A DNA stretch of 63,051 nt, filler included, from Chrysochromulina tobinii (lineage: Eukaryota): NCBI GenBank assembly GCA_001275005.1. It is 8 parts of 8 records of this genome, joined end to end, with 100 filler letters (N's around TTAATTAATTAA, not from the genome) between each part and the next. Parts side by side here need not be neighbours in the genome. Positions count along the whole stretch, not along the records: positions 5,568 to 22,030 come from JWZX01000161.1; 7 more parts are not named here. One strand, 5' to 3'. The notes beneath the pieces are model-generated. The model was given only the letters and a program-made list of their open reading frames with translations, was not told the DNA's origin and made no database searches. The position numbers and the translations under genes are program-made. Below, piece after piece: positions 9,447 to 20,297 of the stretch (position 1 is its first letter; every line of letters starts with the position of its first letter).

Positions 9447-10787
9447 ATGTGCATCACTCAATTCGACACGCTCGGGTTACCAGGCTACACCTGCAGCGTC
9501 GAAGATGGCACTCCCGTGGCCGCGTCGATGAGCGCAGTCGATCCCACGCACCGCAGAGCAGGTCCCATGGAGGCCTCGGCGCTCTCTTGGCGCGACGTGG
9601 CTGCTGGCACGATGTTCGTGGAAGGCGTGCTCAAGAACAACCCACCCGGCGGTCGGGCGTCCCTCGAGCGCGGCCTGCTTGAGCGTGCACAGTCGACTTG
9701 GATGCTGCAAGCGCCTGAGCTGGAGCTTCTCTTCATGACGAGCTGCGAGGCCGCCCTGGCCGCTCATAATAGGGATAAGGATCAGCCAGCGCCGTCGTGG
9801 TGGGAGGTGGCGAAGCAGCGGCTGCAGCAGCGGCTGCAGCAGCCGACTGCACCCGCGCTGCCCAAGATTCAGTGGCGGTGCTATGGCGGGCCGGAGACGC
9901 TCGGGAAGAGCCTATGGCGCAAGACCGGCGCGCTGCTCGCCACGCTGTACGCGCGCTTCCCGCAGAAGAGCTTCTATCTCAAGCTCGATTCAGACACGAT
10001 GGTCTTCCCGCGCGCGCTGCTGCGCTTCCTGCAGGCACTCCACAGCAACAACCCGCGAGCTCGCCCTCTCTACTTTGGATCCAATCGCATCGCTTCCACA
10101 ACGTACTTTGGACAAGATCGGTACGGCCTCTTCCTATCGGATCCATGGAAGGCACTCGAGGCGTCGAGGGCCGGGGCGAGCGCGTACACGCTCTCGGAGC
10201 ACCGCCCTCTGAGTGCCGGCAGGCGACGAAAAGCGCTGGGAGGGGGCGCTGCCGAGAGCCCCTTGGGGTCCAATCACAAGGGCGTGTGCCAGAGCCGGAA
10301 TGTGTCCTACGCTCAGGGCGGCGCGTACGGCTTCAGCCAGAGCGCGTTGCGCGCCCTCGTGGGGATCCAGACGCGGGGCGCCCTCGTGGGCACCCATAGA
10401 GGGGGCGCCGTTGCGGGCACCACCCAGGACACGCGCGAGCCTGGCACATCATGCCTTGAGGCCGTAGCGGCCGCGGTCGCTCAGTACCGAGGAAATGACA
10501 CGCCTCTCCTCTTTGAGGACGAAGCCGTTGGGCTGTGCATGTACCTCCATCGCGTGCGCCTCGTCACATGCAGATGCTTCTATGATTGGGGCCCTTGCGA
10601 TATCGCCGATCCCATGCGCGAGTGCAAGATCAACACGAAGGAGTCGACTCTGTGCAGGCTGCCGCTCACGGTGCACAAGCTGCGCAGGCTCGAGTGGTAC
10701 GATGGCTGGTGGGCCTTCCTCGCGCCGAGGGAGGCCCGGGCCCTCGCGCAGCTCGATGCGTACAATGCGGCGGCGCTCGCTGCTTGA
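9447..10787 (+). CDS. GT31/Fringe-like glycosyltransferase
   Basis: FYLKLDSDT, LYFG, YAQGGAYGFS, EDEAVGLCM, PLTVH motifs. Confidence 0.75.
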   Translation: MCITQFDTLGLPGYTCSVEDGTPVAASMSAVDPTHRRAGPMEASALSWRDVAAGTMFVEGVLKNNPPGGRASLERGLLERAQSTWMLQAPELELLFMTSCEAALAAHNRDKDQPAPSWWEVAKQRLQQRLQQPTAPALPKIQWRCYGGPETLGKSLWRKTGALLATLYARFPQKSFYLKLDSDTMVFPRALLRFLQALHSNNPRARPLYFGSNRIASTTYFGQDRYGLFLSDPWKALEASRAGASAYTLSEHRPLSAGRRRKALGGGAAESPLGSNHKGVCQSRNVSYAQGGAYGFSQSALRALVGIQTRGALVGTHRGGAVAGTTQDTREPGTSCLEAVAAAVAQYRGNDTPLLFEDEAVGLCMYLHRVRLVTCRCFYDWGPCDIADPMRECKINTKESTLCRLPLTVHKLRRLEWYDGWWAFLAPREARALAQLDAYNAAALAA

Positions 10788-11106
10788 TGCGTGGTGGGCG
10801 GTTGGGTGGATTGTGGGGCGCGGAGCGTGGGTGGATCGAAAATGATCCAACTGAGGCGTACCGTGTATGCAGTGAGGGGATGTGTGGTTTCACCACATGT
10901 ACCCAGGCACGCGCGCATCACGTTCGGGTCGGTCCGTCCACCCTTTATCCACCCTTTGGGGGCGGGGCGGTCGTCCGTCGTGTGCTTAGGAATGTGTCCG
11001 GCCACCCAAGCACGAATTTTTCAGGAGAGATGCGCGCACTCGAGCTCACCTATCCTCATTAACTAATTGGGAGAGATACGCGCTCTTCCGAGCTTACCTA
11101 TCCTCA

Positions 11107-11991
11107 TTAGCTAATTGGGAGATTATTGGGAGAGATACGCGCTCTCGTGCCAGTCTCGAGCTCAGCCTCGTGCTTGAGCTCCGCCGCCTCGTTCTCCTCG
11201 CCAGCCCTCGGCGTCTTTCCCGCCAAATTCTCGAGCACCATCTCGAGTACCGCGCGCAGCTCCTCTCGCGCGTCGTCCTCGAGAGAGCGGAGATCGACGT
11301 CGAGGAGCGCATACGCATGGTCACGTGGCTGCAGGCTCCTGGGCCCACTGGTGGCCACGCTGGTAGAAGCCGAGCTCGCCGCCCGCACTTGGGCCGCAGC
11401 ATCCAAACCATCAGCGCTGTCGCTGTCGCTGTCGCTTCCGTCGATGTCGAGATGCGACTGGAGGTTGCCTAATGCAGACGCGTCCGCCGCATCGAACGGC
11501 CTCTGGCCGCGACCGGCGCCCGGTAAGTCTCTGCAGTCCTCGAGCAGCGCCGCGGCCTGCGCATGGCCAAGGGCTCGCGCGAAATCGGCCGCGGTCTTGC
11601 CATCAGGCCCCACCAGCCTAGGGTTCGCACCAGCCCGCAGAAGGGCACTGACGCAGGCGCTGTGGCCCATGGAGGCACAGAGATGCAGCGCCGAATTACC
11701 CCTACCATTGATGGCGTTGATGCAATCGGTGTCGCACTTCATTTCTAGGAGGAGCTGGACCACCCCGATGTGACCTTCACCGCAAGCATGCATGAGTAGA
11801 GTGAAGCTGTGCTCGTCAGCTGATCGTGCCATTTGCGGTGACGCATTCAAGAGCATTCGCAACTCATCAACTCTGCCAGCTTCGGCCAGAGCTGACGCCT
11901 CGGAGCTGAGTTTGCCGAATGTGGCCACATCTGACGCCTCGGTCAGCCTGACAGCCGCGGGTGCGCCGCGTCGGCGCGCAAAGAAGATCAT
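11107..11991 (-). CDS. Ankyrin repeat protein
   Basis: TLLMHACGEGHIGVVQLLL, GNSALHLCASMGHSACVSALLRAGA, GKTAADFA; 5' and 3' ends uncertain. Confidence 0.85.
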   Translation of the reverse strand: MIFFARRRGAPAAVRLTEASDVATFGKLSSEASALAEAGRVDELRMLLNASPQMARSADEHSFTLLMHACGEGHIGVVQLLLEMKCDTDCINAINGRGNSALHLCASMGHSACVSALLRAGANPRLVGPDGKTAADFARALGHAQAAALLEDCRDLPGAGRGQRPFDAADASALGNLQSHLDIDGSDSDSDSADGLDAAAQVRAASSASTSVATSGPRSLQPRDHAYALLDVDLRSLEDDAREELRAVLEMVLENLAGKTPRAGEENEAAELKHEAELETGTRARISPNNLPIS

Positions 11992-12156
11992 CGTGTTCGG
12001 CGACAGTCATGTGATCACAGCTGTAGTGTAACTTTGCAAGTTTGTGCATCCTTTGGCTCACGTACGTGAACGTGAACGCGGCGTCTTGTTCCGCTGTGCA
12101 CTTTCCTCCCGGGAGGTGCCGACTTCGAGGAGATTTTGAGAACAAGACCGAGAGTG

Positions 12157-13029
12157 ATGAGCTCCTTGTTGCCGATGATGCCAGCTGTGGCGATGGCCTT
12201 CACGCCCCACTCAGCGCTGATGCCACGTGCCGTGGCCCACCGTCACGCTCATCCGCCCGTGATGGCGGATGATGAAGCGGCTGCCAGGGCGGCATGGCTG
12301 GCAAAGAAGCGAGCGCCATGGGGAGCGAGCTCAATGCCTGACTCTCGTCCGCTTTATGAGCCGCCATCTTACCTGCCGCCGCCGTGGGCGCCGCCGCCGC
12401 CGCCGCCTCCGCCGCCTCCGCCGCCTCCGCCGCCGCCTTATGTGGAGCCACCGCCGCCGGCAGTCGCACCGCTGCCGGCACAAGAGCTTGGAGTGGTGGC
12501 GGAAGCGGCGGAAGCGGAAGCGGCGGAAGCGGCGGAAGCCACGGAGCGCGCCCCGGGAGCACCCAGCTACCAGCAACCGCCATCGCCTGCTGCAATGAGC
12601 GCGGCCGAGGCCAAGGCAGCATGGCTCGCAAAGATCAGCGCCAAGACGGCAGTACCCTCCTGGACTGCAGCGCCAGCCAGCCCGCCAGCCAGCCCGCCGG
12701 CCAATCCGCCGCCCAGCCCGCCGGCCAACCCGCCGGCGGCCCTCACAGCGGCGACGCGCGCGCAGGTGGAGTCCCTCGAAGCGGCCAAGCGCGCCCTCGA
12801 GGCAGAGATTGAGCTCAAGTTGAAGGAGCGAGAGTTGTTCGAAGCTCGCTCGCAGGCCGCAGCGGTCGTGGCATCGCGCCAGCAAGGAGTCCAGCAGGGC
12901 GTCAAGCAGGGCACTGGCGGTGCCGTGGAGCCACCTAGCATCAATCCACCAGACGTGATGAAAGGCTCTCCTGTGTTTACGGTGCTGATGGGCGCCTTCA
13001 TCCTCAACGCCCTCGTCGGCCTGATGTGA
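12157..13029 (+). CDS. Pro/Ala-rich putative plastid-targeted membrane protein
   Basis: Signal plus AMA-FTP (ASAFAP-like) and transit-like peptide; two EAxAxAAWLAK motifs; coiled coil; C-terminal TM. Confidence 0.6.
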   Translation: MSSLLPMMPAVAMAFTPHSALMPRAVAHRHAHPPVMADDEAAARAAWLAKKRAPWGASSMPDSRPLYEPPSYLPPPWAPPPPPPPPPPPPPPPPYVEPPPPAVAPLPAQELGVVAEAAEAEAAEAAEATERAPGAPSYQQPPSPAAMSAAEAKAAWLAKISAKTAVPSWTAAPASPPASPPANPPPSPPANPPAALTAATRAQVESLEAAKRALEAEIELKLKERELFEARSQAAAVVASRQQGVQQGVKQGTGGAVEPPSINPPDVMKGSPVFTVLMGAFILNALVGLM

Positions 13030-13439
13030 TATGATGGGGTGTGCCCTCCAATGGCACAAATGTTACGAGGCCGATGGCACAAATATTGGAATCTTGGTGC
13101 CCAAATTGGAAGCTGGGTGCCCTAATTTGGTCAGTATTTGGGTGCGCGTGCATGTGCGCATCCTCTCTGTTTGGTGTTTGATCCCTGGTGCGCATGCTCT
13201 GTTTGCGTGTCGGGTGTTTGCGCCCGGCCCCACACGCCACACGAGGTCGTGGTTGCCCTTCAGCACCGACGGCAGTTGAGGATTTTGACGAAATTATCTC
13301 GTCGGGCTCGCTTTTGTTATATGCTCTCGGTCGGGCCTGGGGCCTCTCGATCTAAGGGATGCATGTACCCCCGCCTCTTGTGGTTGTGCGTGTCGTGGTC
13401 TGGTTGTCACTGGTCCCTTCATGTGCAAGATGGTGTTTT

Positions 13440-13516
13440 CGCCCCCCACGTTGTGTCTCCGACGGGACCGGTGGTCGTGTCTTCCGTGACGAGACACACA
13501 TTCACATTCACACATG
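13440..13516 (+). mobile_element. Short dispersed repeat 3' end, copy B
   Basis: cgccccccacgttgtgtctccgacgggaccggtgg...ccgtgacg, similar to 5906-5959, followed by (CACATT)2. Confidence 0.5.
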
Positions 13517-13601
13517 TTCAGTACCAACTGCACCAACACGCTCATCCCGTGCGACCCACTGTGCGAGCCCAGGTGGGCTGGTGCTGTCCGCGCAGGTAGT
13601 C

Positions 13602-15534
13602 ATGGCTTTGTTGGCAGCGGTCCATTTCTTCGCCGCCCTGTCTGCACCTCACCCATCTAGCGTCCGCCCAGCACTCTCAGCGCGACCTGCGCCTCACTCA
13701 GCTAGCGTCCGCCCAGCGCTCTCGGCCGAGCGAGCCGCTATTAGCATGTCGGCCCAGCCACCGGCGAAGCTCAAGGCCTCGCCAACGGGCAGCGGCGGCG
13801 GCGGGAGCGGGAGCGGGAGCAGCAGCAGCAACAGCAGCAGCAGCAGCCACAGCCGCAGCAATTTTTCGCCACCCGCACCGACCAGTTCCTTGCTTGGTTC
13901 GATCGCGCTCGTCGCCGGCACGACGGTCGGTGCGGGAATACTCGCGTTGCCGGCTAAGACGCTCGCGGCGGGTTTCGTACCGACGAGCGTCGCGCTCCTC
14001 ATCTCGTGGGTGTACATGGCGAGCTCGGGGGTGCTCATGGCCGAGGTGAACGTGAACACGCTCTGCGCACTCGAACGCAACGCGGTCTCGCTCTCGACGA
14101 TGACCGAGGAGACGCTCGGCGTCGCTACCTCTCGGGTTACCTCACTCCTATACGCCTTCATGCAGTACACCCTCCTCGTCGCGTACATGCTGCAGGGTGG
14201 CACACTCTTGCTTGAGATGGGCTCAGGCGTGCCCGCGCTGGCGGCGCTGCCCGCAGCAACGGCGGGCCCACCCATCTTCGCGGTTGTGCTCAGTACGGCG
14301 CTCCTCACACTGCCGCCTACCTTGATGGAGCAGATTAACTCGGTCGCGGTGGTGGGCCTCGTTGGGAGTTTCGTCATCCTGCTCGCACTGGGCGCGCAGC
14401 AGGTGGAGTGCCCCCATGATGGCCTCTGATGAGCTCTGATAGCGTCCTTCATCAGGTGGAGTGCCCCCTGATGGCCTCTGATGAGCTCTGATTGCATCCT
14501 TCATCAGGTGGAGTGCCCCCTGATGGCCTCTGAGCGTCTCTGGTTGCCCTGGAGGCACTCTGAGCACCTCGGAAGACTTCAAGACCTGCCACGCCGTCGA
14601 CTGCTCAGTGTCAGCTCCTTGCTTTGCACAGGTTGATCCGGCGCTCCTCGCGCACGTCGACGTGCCCGCGGTGGTGCCTGCACTCCCGGTGATGGTGCTC
14701 AGTCTCGTGTACCACAGCGTGGTCCCCACAGTCTGCTACCAGCTCGGCTGCGACCTACCCCGTATCCGTACTGCACTGCTCCTCGGCTCTGCCCTGCCGT
14801 GCCTCATGTTCATCGCCTGGTCCGCCGTCATTCTCGGCAGTGTCCCGTACGACGCCGCCGCGGCTGCAAGCGCCTCGGGGGCGACCTTTGATCCTCTCGC
14901 CGTGCTGCGTGCCTCGGGCGACTCCTTCGGATCCACCGTGCGCCTCTTCTCTCTCCTCGCGGTGTGCACCTCGTTTGTGGGCTTCTACTATGGGCTGACC
15001 GATTTCTTTGCCGACGTCCTCGGCTTTGATACCAAGGGCGTGGGCAGCAGCGACGGCGGCGAGCAGAACATGGCTGTACTCGAGCCGAAGGTCGCCAAGA
15101 AGGCTCTTGCCGTCCGAGAGGAGGAGGAGGAGGAGGAGAAGGGGCAAGAGGAGGCCGCTGCGCCCATCACAGCGCTCCGCACGCCCGGCGAGAAGGCGTT
15201 ACTCGGCGCGCCCACCACAGCGCTCCGCACGCCCGGCGAGAAGGCGTTACTCGGCGCGCTCACGCTGCTGCCGCCCCTGGGCTTTGCGGTGGGGGACCCG
15301 TCCATCTTCTTCTCAGCGCTGGACAATGGGGGCACGTACGGTGTGATGACTCTCTTCGGCATCCTGCCGGCCGCGATGGCGTGGGCGCAGCGCTACGGTG
15401 AGGGCCGCGACCCGGATACGGCCTTTGCGGAAGAGGCGCTCCCAGGCGGCAAGCTTACACTGCTCGCGATGATCGCGGCTGGGGCTGCCTTTGTGAGCGT
15501 GGAGACGTGGGAGCGCATCGAGGCGCTCACTTAA
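13602..15534 (+). CDS. Tyrosine/aromatic amino acid permease (TyrP/HAAAP family), likely organelle-targeted; exons 13602-14402, 14632-15534
   Basis: GSIALVAGTTVGAGILALP, EVNVN, SLVYHSVVP, GSALP, TSFVGF; phase-0 GT-AG intron restores the frame. Confidence 0.88.
14403..14631 (+). other. Composite intron of tandem GT...CAG units (14403-14455, 14456-14507, 14508-14631)
   Basis: 52-53 bp unit GTGGAGTGCCCCC(A)TGATGGCCTCTGATGAGCTCTGAT..TCCTTCATCAG repeated, with CAG|GT junctions. Confidence 0.85.
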
Positions 15535-15998
15535 AGTCAACACTTGGACGAGGACTTGTCTGTGTGCCTCAGTGGCGTGGACTGGCACTGCTGTTCTCGA
15601 AATTTCTTTGCTAAGTCTTATTCTCTTTCCACATCATAATCAAATCGAATCAGTAGTATTTTATATGGTCCAAAATGCGAAAACGCGCGTTCCTAATTCG
15701 GAGCTCCTCGAAACTCCGGTTTCGTCTTTCGTCAAGTCTCAAGATTCTAGATTGACATCTACTGGATCCTTTTGTGCACTTTTGGTTCGTGATTCTTTGG
15801 CTCTATGATCATCACTCTGTTCCACTCGAAGCGAAGGACCGTTCCATGCGTTGCCGAATGCCACAGATGCCAAGTCGCAAGTGCCGAAACCGTCGATCCA
15901 AACTTGAAACTTCTTCCAACGCCCTTCGCACATACGCTACGCGACAGTAATCCCCGACGCGGAGGCGGTCTTCTCAAAAGCTTCATCCACTTTCGCGG

Positions 15999-17422
15999 AT
16001 GGATACTCCCTCATTGGGCCGCTGCTCCGTGCGCAGCGTAGATTCGATGCTCTCGGAAAATGCCTTGACTTACTTTGAACAAGGAGAGAGGTCCTACTCG
16101 CAGAGACGCTCGCTCTCGAAAACGACGCCCTCTTGCTCACCGCCCTCGAACACAAAAACAAGAGCGCGGGAACCTCTTGCCTTTTCAACATCAACGAGTT
16201 CCATCCTCCGCGATCCCGCTTTGCGCAAAATCGGCCGAAACGCGCTGCAGCCCTGGCCGGGAAAGGAACTGCCAAACCGCAAGAAGCTGTCCGGTACGGC
16301 CGAGTCCATCACCCTTGCGACCATGGCTGAGCCCAAGGACGTCGTCAGCCATTACCGATCGCTCAACGTGACCCTTGACAGCAAATCGGCATGGGAGGAC
16401 CTGGCAAGGCAGGAGAAGCCGCGCACGTCCAGGCCTGCCTCGGTGTCCGCTGACCGGATGTCCATCAATGTGATGATTGACGAGCAAGACTTCGCTTCTG
16501 CAGACGATGTATTCCCACAATATGATGAGGACTCTGTCACGAGCGAAAAGGCGCTCGCGAACGATGAGGCTCTCATGGCCGTGCGCCGGCGCTTTCGCCC
16601 ACCTGTTGAGTTTGCGCCGATCTCGTACGGCGCCACGCAGCTCCTGCACCTCGAGCAAGCTCGGCAAGCTGCACGCAGGTAATTGCGCCGTTAAGGCAGC
16701 CCGAGCCTCGCCGCCACAGCGCCTCGGTTCAGATATGCTCGGAGCCTTCTCTCACCCTCGCTTTTCCTGTGCGCAGCGGCTGCGATCGAGTGGACGTGGC
16801 CATCCAGGCCATCAACAGCCTCATGCCCATTCAGATGGTTGCCATCGAGCACCTCTATGCGCTGTACGCTGACTGCAAGCCCACCTCATTCAGCTTGGCG
16901 CGCGCCTCGCTCACCCCTTCGCGGTGGCTTGTCTTCTGCCGACACATGCTCCGCCAGCCCGCATCGTTGGAGCTGCTCTTGAGCCTGCCGGTGCTCACTA
17001 GCCTGTACGAGCGCTTCGAGCGCCGGCGCCAGCAGGCTCATGAGAGCAAGGGCCAGGCGGCCTCCCCGCTCGGCGTCGGCCCCTTCATCGGGCTGCTTTG
17101 CGAGGTGGCCGACCACTGGGAGCGGCGGAACGCTCTCGCACCCCCTGAGCCGCCTTCTTCCCCCTCTTCCTCTGGATATCGGGCGGCGGCGGCGGCGGCG
17201 ACATGCCCGACCACGTCGCCGGACCGTGGCCTCTTTGAGGCGGTCCGGCAAAAGCTGCGCCTACCAGCGGACCTGCCTCCGCTCCTCTACCTGCTCGACC
17301 GAATTGCGCGGCTGTGCCAGCGCTCGGACGAGCTCTACCACGGGCATCGCGTGGAAGAGCTCTACCAGGATGGACATCGCAAGGCGCTCGATTCGTTGCG
17401 TATCGAACCGATGAGCCCGTGA
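15999..17422 (+). CDS. Hypothetical protein, 2 exons (intron 16679-16776)
   Basis: GTAATT donor and pyrimidine-rich CAG acceptor join two long ORFs in frame (phase 2). Confidence 0.6.
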
Positions 17423-17981
17423 ATTGGGGCGGAGGGGAGTTCCACAAGAAGCAACGCGAGGCCAAAGACGTATCGCTGACTTTGCGCTGAGCGAGACTTC
17501 AGAATCGTGTCTAACCCGGGGGGCGCATGTCGGGAATTGTGAGGCCGTGCTAGATGTTAACAAGGTCGTTGTGTGTTAGTTGTGTGCCGAGCGTGAGGCA
17601 GCAGGTACGAACAGTCCATGTGTGCTGACGCTGACCTGCTGAAGTTGGGGGCGGGAGCAAGCTTGCTTGCTTGCTTGCTTGGGGGCGGGAGAGAGACTCC
17701 TCGAGTGGCCCCCGAGAAATACGGAGATTGGGAAGTTTGTAAATTTCCTTTTTTGTTACATTTTGTCCGATTAAAGAAGGTTTTCCAAAACAACTCTTTG
17801 AGGACTTTCCGAGGTCCCCCAGTGAAAAAGTCGAAGACACGCATTTGGGGGCAGTACGCAGCAAGGGTCGTCCTCAACTACGACCAAACTTACGTGGTCG
17901 CGGACGTTCGCGGCACACCTGGTTGATCAGCAGCAGCAGCAGCACACCTGGGACGATACGAAGGCGGCCCATCTCCTGCGA

Positions 17982-20297
17982 ATGTACTTCGACTTCCGCA
18001 AAGTATCTTGGCTACGGAGTCTCAACAGGGAGGAGATCCATTCGTCGCAGCGGCATGAGTTCCAAAAGTTCCCCTGGCAGAGTCGTACGATGCTCATGCC
18101 GCCCGAGTCAAGCGAACAAAAGGTGGCCAAGCGAAAGTTGACGATCAAGATCGTGGACGCGCCTGTGTCGGGGGGCAATGTCGAGATTGAAGTGGACGAG
18201 GACGCCACGTTCGAGGCCGTCGTGTGCAAACTCCGGAAGAAGGTTGACAATCTGCCTGACGCAACCTTAGACCTCGTGCCAGTGGCTGACGGTCACCACG
18301 ACGCGGTCGACCTCACACTGAACGTCTCTCGCAAGATCGCGACCTGTGGCTTCAAGTTCAAGCTGGTTGTGGCGGCGGCGCCCGAGGCCGAGGCCGAGGG
18401 CGGCGCCAAGGCCGAGGCCGTGGTTCCCATGCCGGCTACTGCGCCGGCTCCCGCGCCCTCGCCGCCACCGAGCAAGTCCAAGCCCAAGAAGGAGCCTCCG
18501 CCAGACCCGTTCTCGCTCGTGCCCTCGCGCTGGTGGCAGTCGGATCTCCCTCGACGCTCGGGGGAGACTGACCCCAAATCGCCGCGCACGAGCGTGCCGG
18601 CATCCCCGCTCATGCGCGGAGCGTTCGGAGCCGAGCACTTGGACTTGTACGGCGGCTGGGCGTGGCTCGACGAGGCCAATGACCTTGGGCGCGTGCCACG
18701 TGGAGTCATAGCGCACGTGCCGCCGCCAAGCCACAAGCCCCTTTGCTTCCGCGTCGAGTCAGGGCCCGAGCATCGGCCAGCGCCGTTTGGCTCGCCCGGC
18801 CTTAGGTTGTCTGACGGGCAGCACACGATGTCGCCGCGCACGGCGACGCCCTCCCCATCAGGCACCTGCTCGCCCGTCTCAGCGGCCTCCTCCTCCTCCT
18901 CACCCGTGCGAGTTGGAGGTCGAGGCTCTCCCCCGACTCTTCACAGCGCTCTTCACAGCGCTCCACACAGCGCGACGCCGGTCTGGCCTCCGACACTGAA
19001 GTCGGGCGCGCCGAAATCCCCTCCCGAGCGCAAGAATCACCTCAGCCCCTCCCACTCTGCCACGGCCACGGCCACGGCTGTGCCAGCGCAGCAGCCATGG
19101 AAGATGAAGTCGAACGCAAAGATCATAGGCGCGCCGGAGATGTACAATCTCAAGCCACCCCAGCCGATGCCGTCGACGACGCCGTCGCCACCGCCGCCGC
19201 CGCCGGTGCGGCCACGAGTACCGCCTCGGCCGCGACCGTCGCCTCGTCTGCCGACGGCGAGCGCACCCGAGGGGAGCGAGAGGGGCGGCACACCGAAAGC
19301 GACCAGTCCAGAGGCTTCCCACAGTCCAGAGGCGATCTCGTCGGATACGAATGTGATTTCGCCCAAGTTTGGCGCCGCGACTACGCCGCCATCCAAGAAG
19401 GCGTCCCCGACTACTCCTACTGCTCCTACTACTCCTACGCCGCCGGCTCTGTTCCCACCCTGGTACGCGCCCTTCTTGGCGGTGGCGCAAATGTCGGCTC
19501 GATCGCCACCGAGCGATGAGCGATCGCCGGCTCGACCCCCCCCTCCCGTCCCCACCGCCCGGTCCCCCCCTCCCGTCCCCACCGCCGAGCTCGCGAGCGG
19601 GGCTTGGAAGGGAGATTCCGATCTCGTCCAATCTTGGAAGGGAGATTCCGATCTCGTCCTCGTGACGAAGAAGCTCGGGGTGCTCGGCCCTGCGAGCGCG
19701 AAGGCGGCCCGCTCCCTCGTGGGCGCTCTTGGGGCGATGCTCGACGAGCTCGATGATGATGATGATGTGGTCGCGCGTCGGGCGGCATGGTCGGAGCTCT
19801 TCGATGCGCAACTGGTCCCGATCCTCTGTGAGCTGCTCCGCTGCCATGCCGAGGAGCCCAAACTCGTGACGATGATCTGCCGGATTCTCGCGCAATGCGA
19901 CGACGAGGCGCTCGCTGCTCAAGCCGCGGATGCGGGTGGGCTCGAGGCGCTCACGACGACGCTCTTGTCCGCGAAGCTCGGCGCCGGCGTGCTGCGTTGG
20001 GCGGCTGCAGCACTCCTGACGCTCACGCATGGCTCTGTGAGCCGCTCGGCGGCCGCCATCCAGGCGGGCGCAGGCACGGCCGTGGCGGAGGCGCTACGCG
20101 CGCTGGCCGAGAGCAAGGAGCTCTCATGGTCTTCTCAGAACAAGGGCAAGCTACCAGCGGAGCTTGTAGAATACCAGCGGAGTTTGGAACTCGTGCTGAA
20201 ATGGCTCTCGTGGCAGCACAGCCTCGTCGCGCCCAAAGAGGTGGCGGAGGCGCGCTTGTTCTCGGCGGCCACATATGAGGGCGTGCTGCGAGCTTAG
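17982..20297 (+). CDS. Hypothetical protein: possible ubiquitin-like N-domain, Pro/Ser-rich linker, ARM-like helical C-terminus
   Basis: 771-aa ORF; LTIKIVD...EIEVDEDATFEAVVCKL; AADAGGLEAL, AIQAGAGTAV (ARM-like). Real start may be ~18090. Confidence 0.55.
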   Translation: MYFDFRKVSWLRSLNREEIHSSQRHEFQKFPWQSRTMLMPPESSEQKVAKRKLTIKIVDAPVSGGNVEIEVDEDATFEAVVCKLRKKVDNLPDATLDLVPVADGHHDAVDLTLNVSRKIATCGFKFKLVVAAAPEAEAEGGAKAEAVVPMPATAPAPAPSPPPSKSKPKKEPPPDPFSLVPSRWWQSDLPRRSGETDPKSPRTSVPASPLMRGAFGAEHLDLYGGWAWLDEANDLGRVPRGVIAHVPPPSHKPLCFRVESGPEHRPAPFGSPGLRLSDGQHTMSPRTATPSPSGTCSPVSAASSSSSPVRVGGRGSPPTLHSALHSAPHSATPVWPPTLKSGAPKSPPERKNHLSPSHSATATATAVPAQQPWKMKSNAKIIGAPEMYNLKPPQPMPSTTPSPPPPPPVRPRVPPRPRPSPRLPTASAPEGSERGGTPKATSPEASHSPEAISSDTNVISPKFGAATTPPSKKASPTTPTAPTTPTPPALFPPWYAPFLAVAQMSARSPPSDERSPARPPPPVPTARSPPPVPTAELASGAWKGDSDLVQSWKGDSDLVLVTKKLGVLGPASAKAARSLVGALGAMLDELDDDDDVVARRAAWSELFDAQLVPILCELLRCHAEEPKLVTMICRILAQCDDEALAAQAADAGGLEALTTTLLSAKLGAGVLRWAAAALLTLTHGSVSRSAAAIQAGAGTAVAEALRALAESKELSWSSQNKGKLPAELVEYQRSLELVLKWLSWQHSLVAPKEVAEARLFSAATYEGVLRA

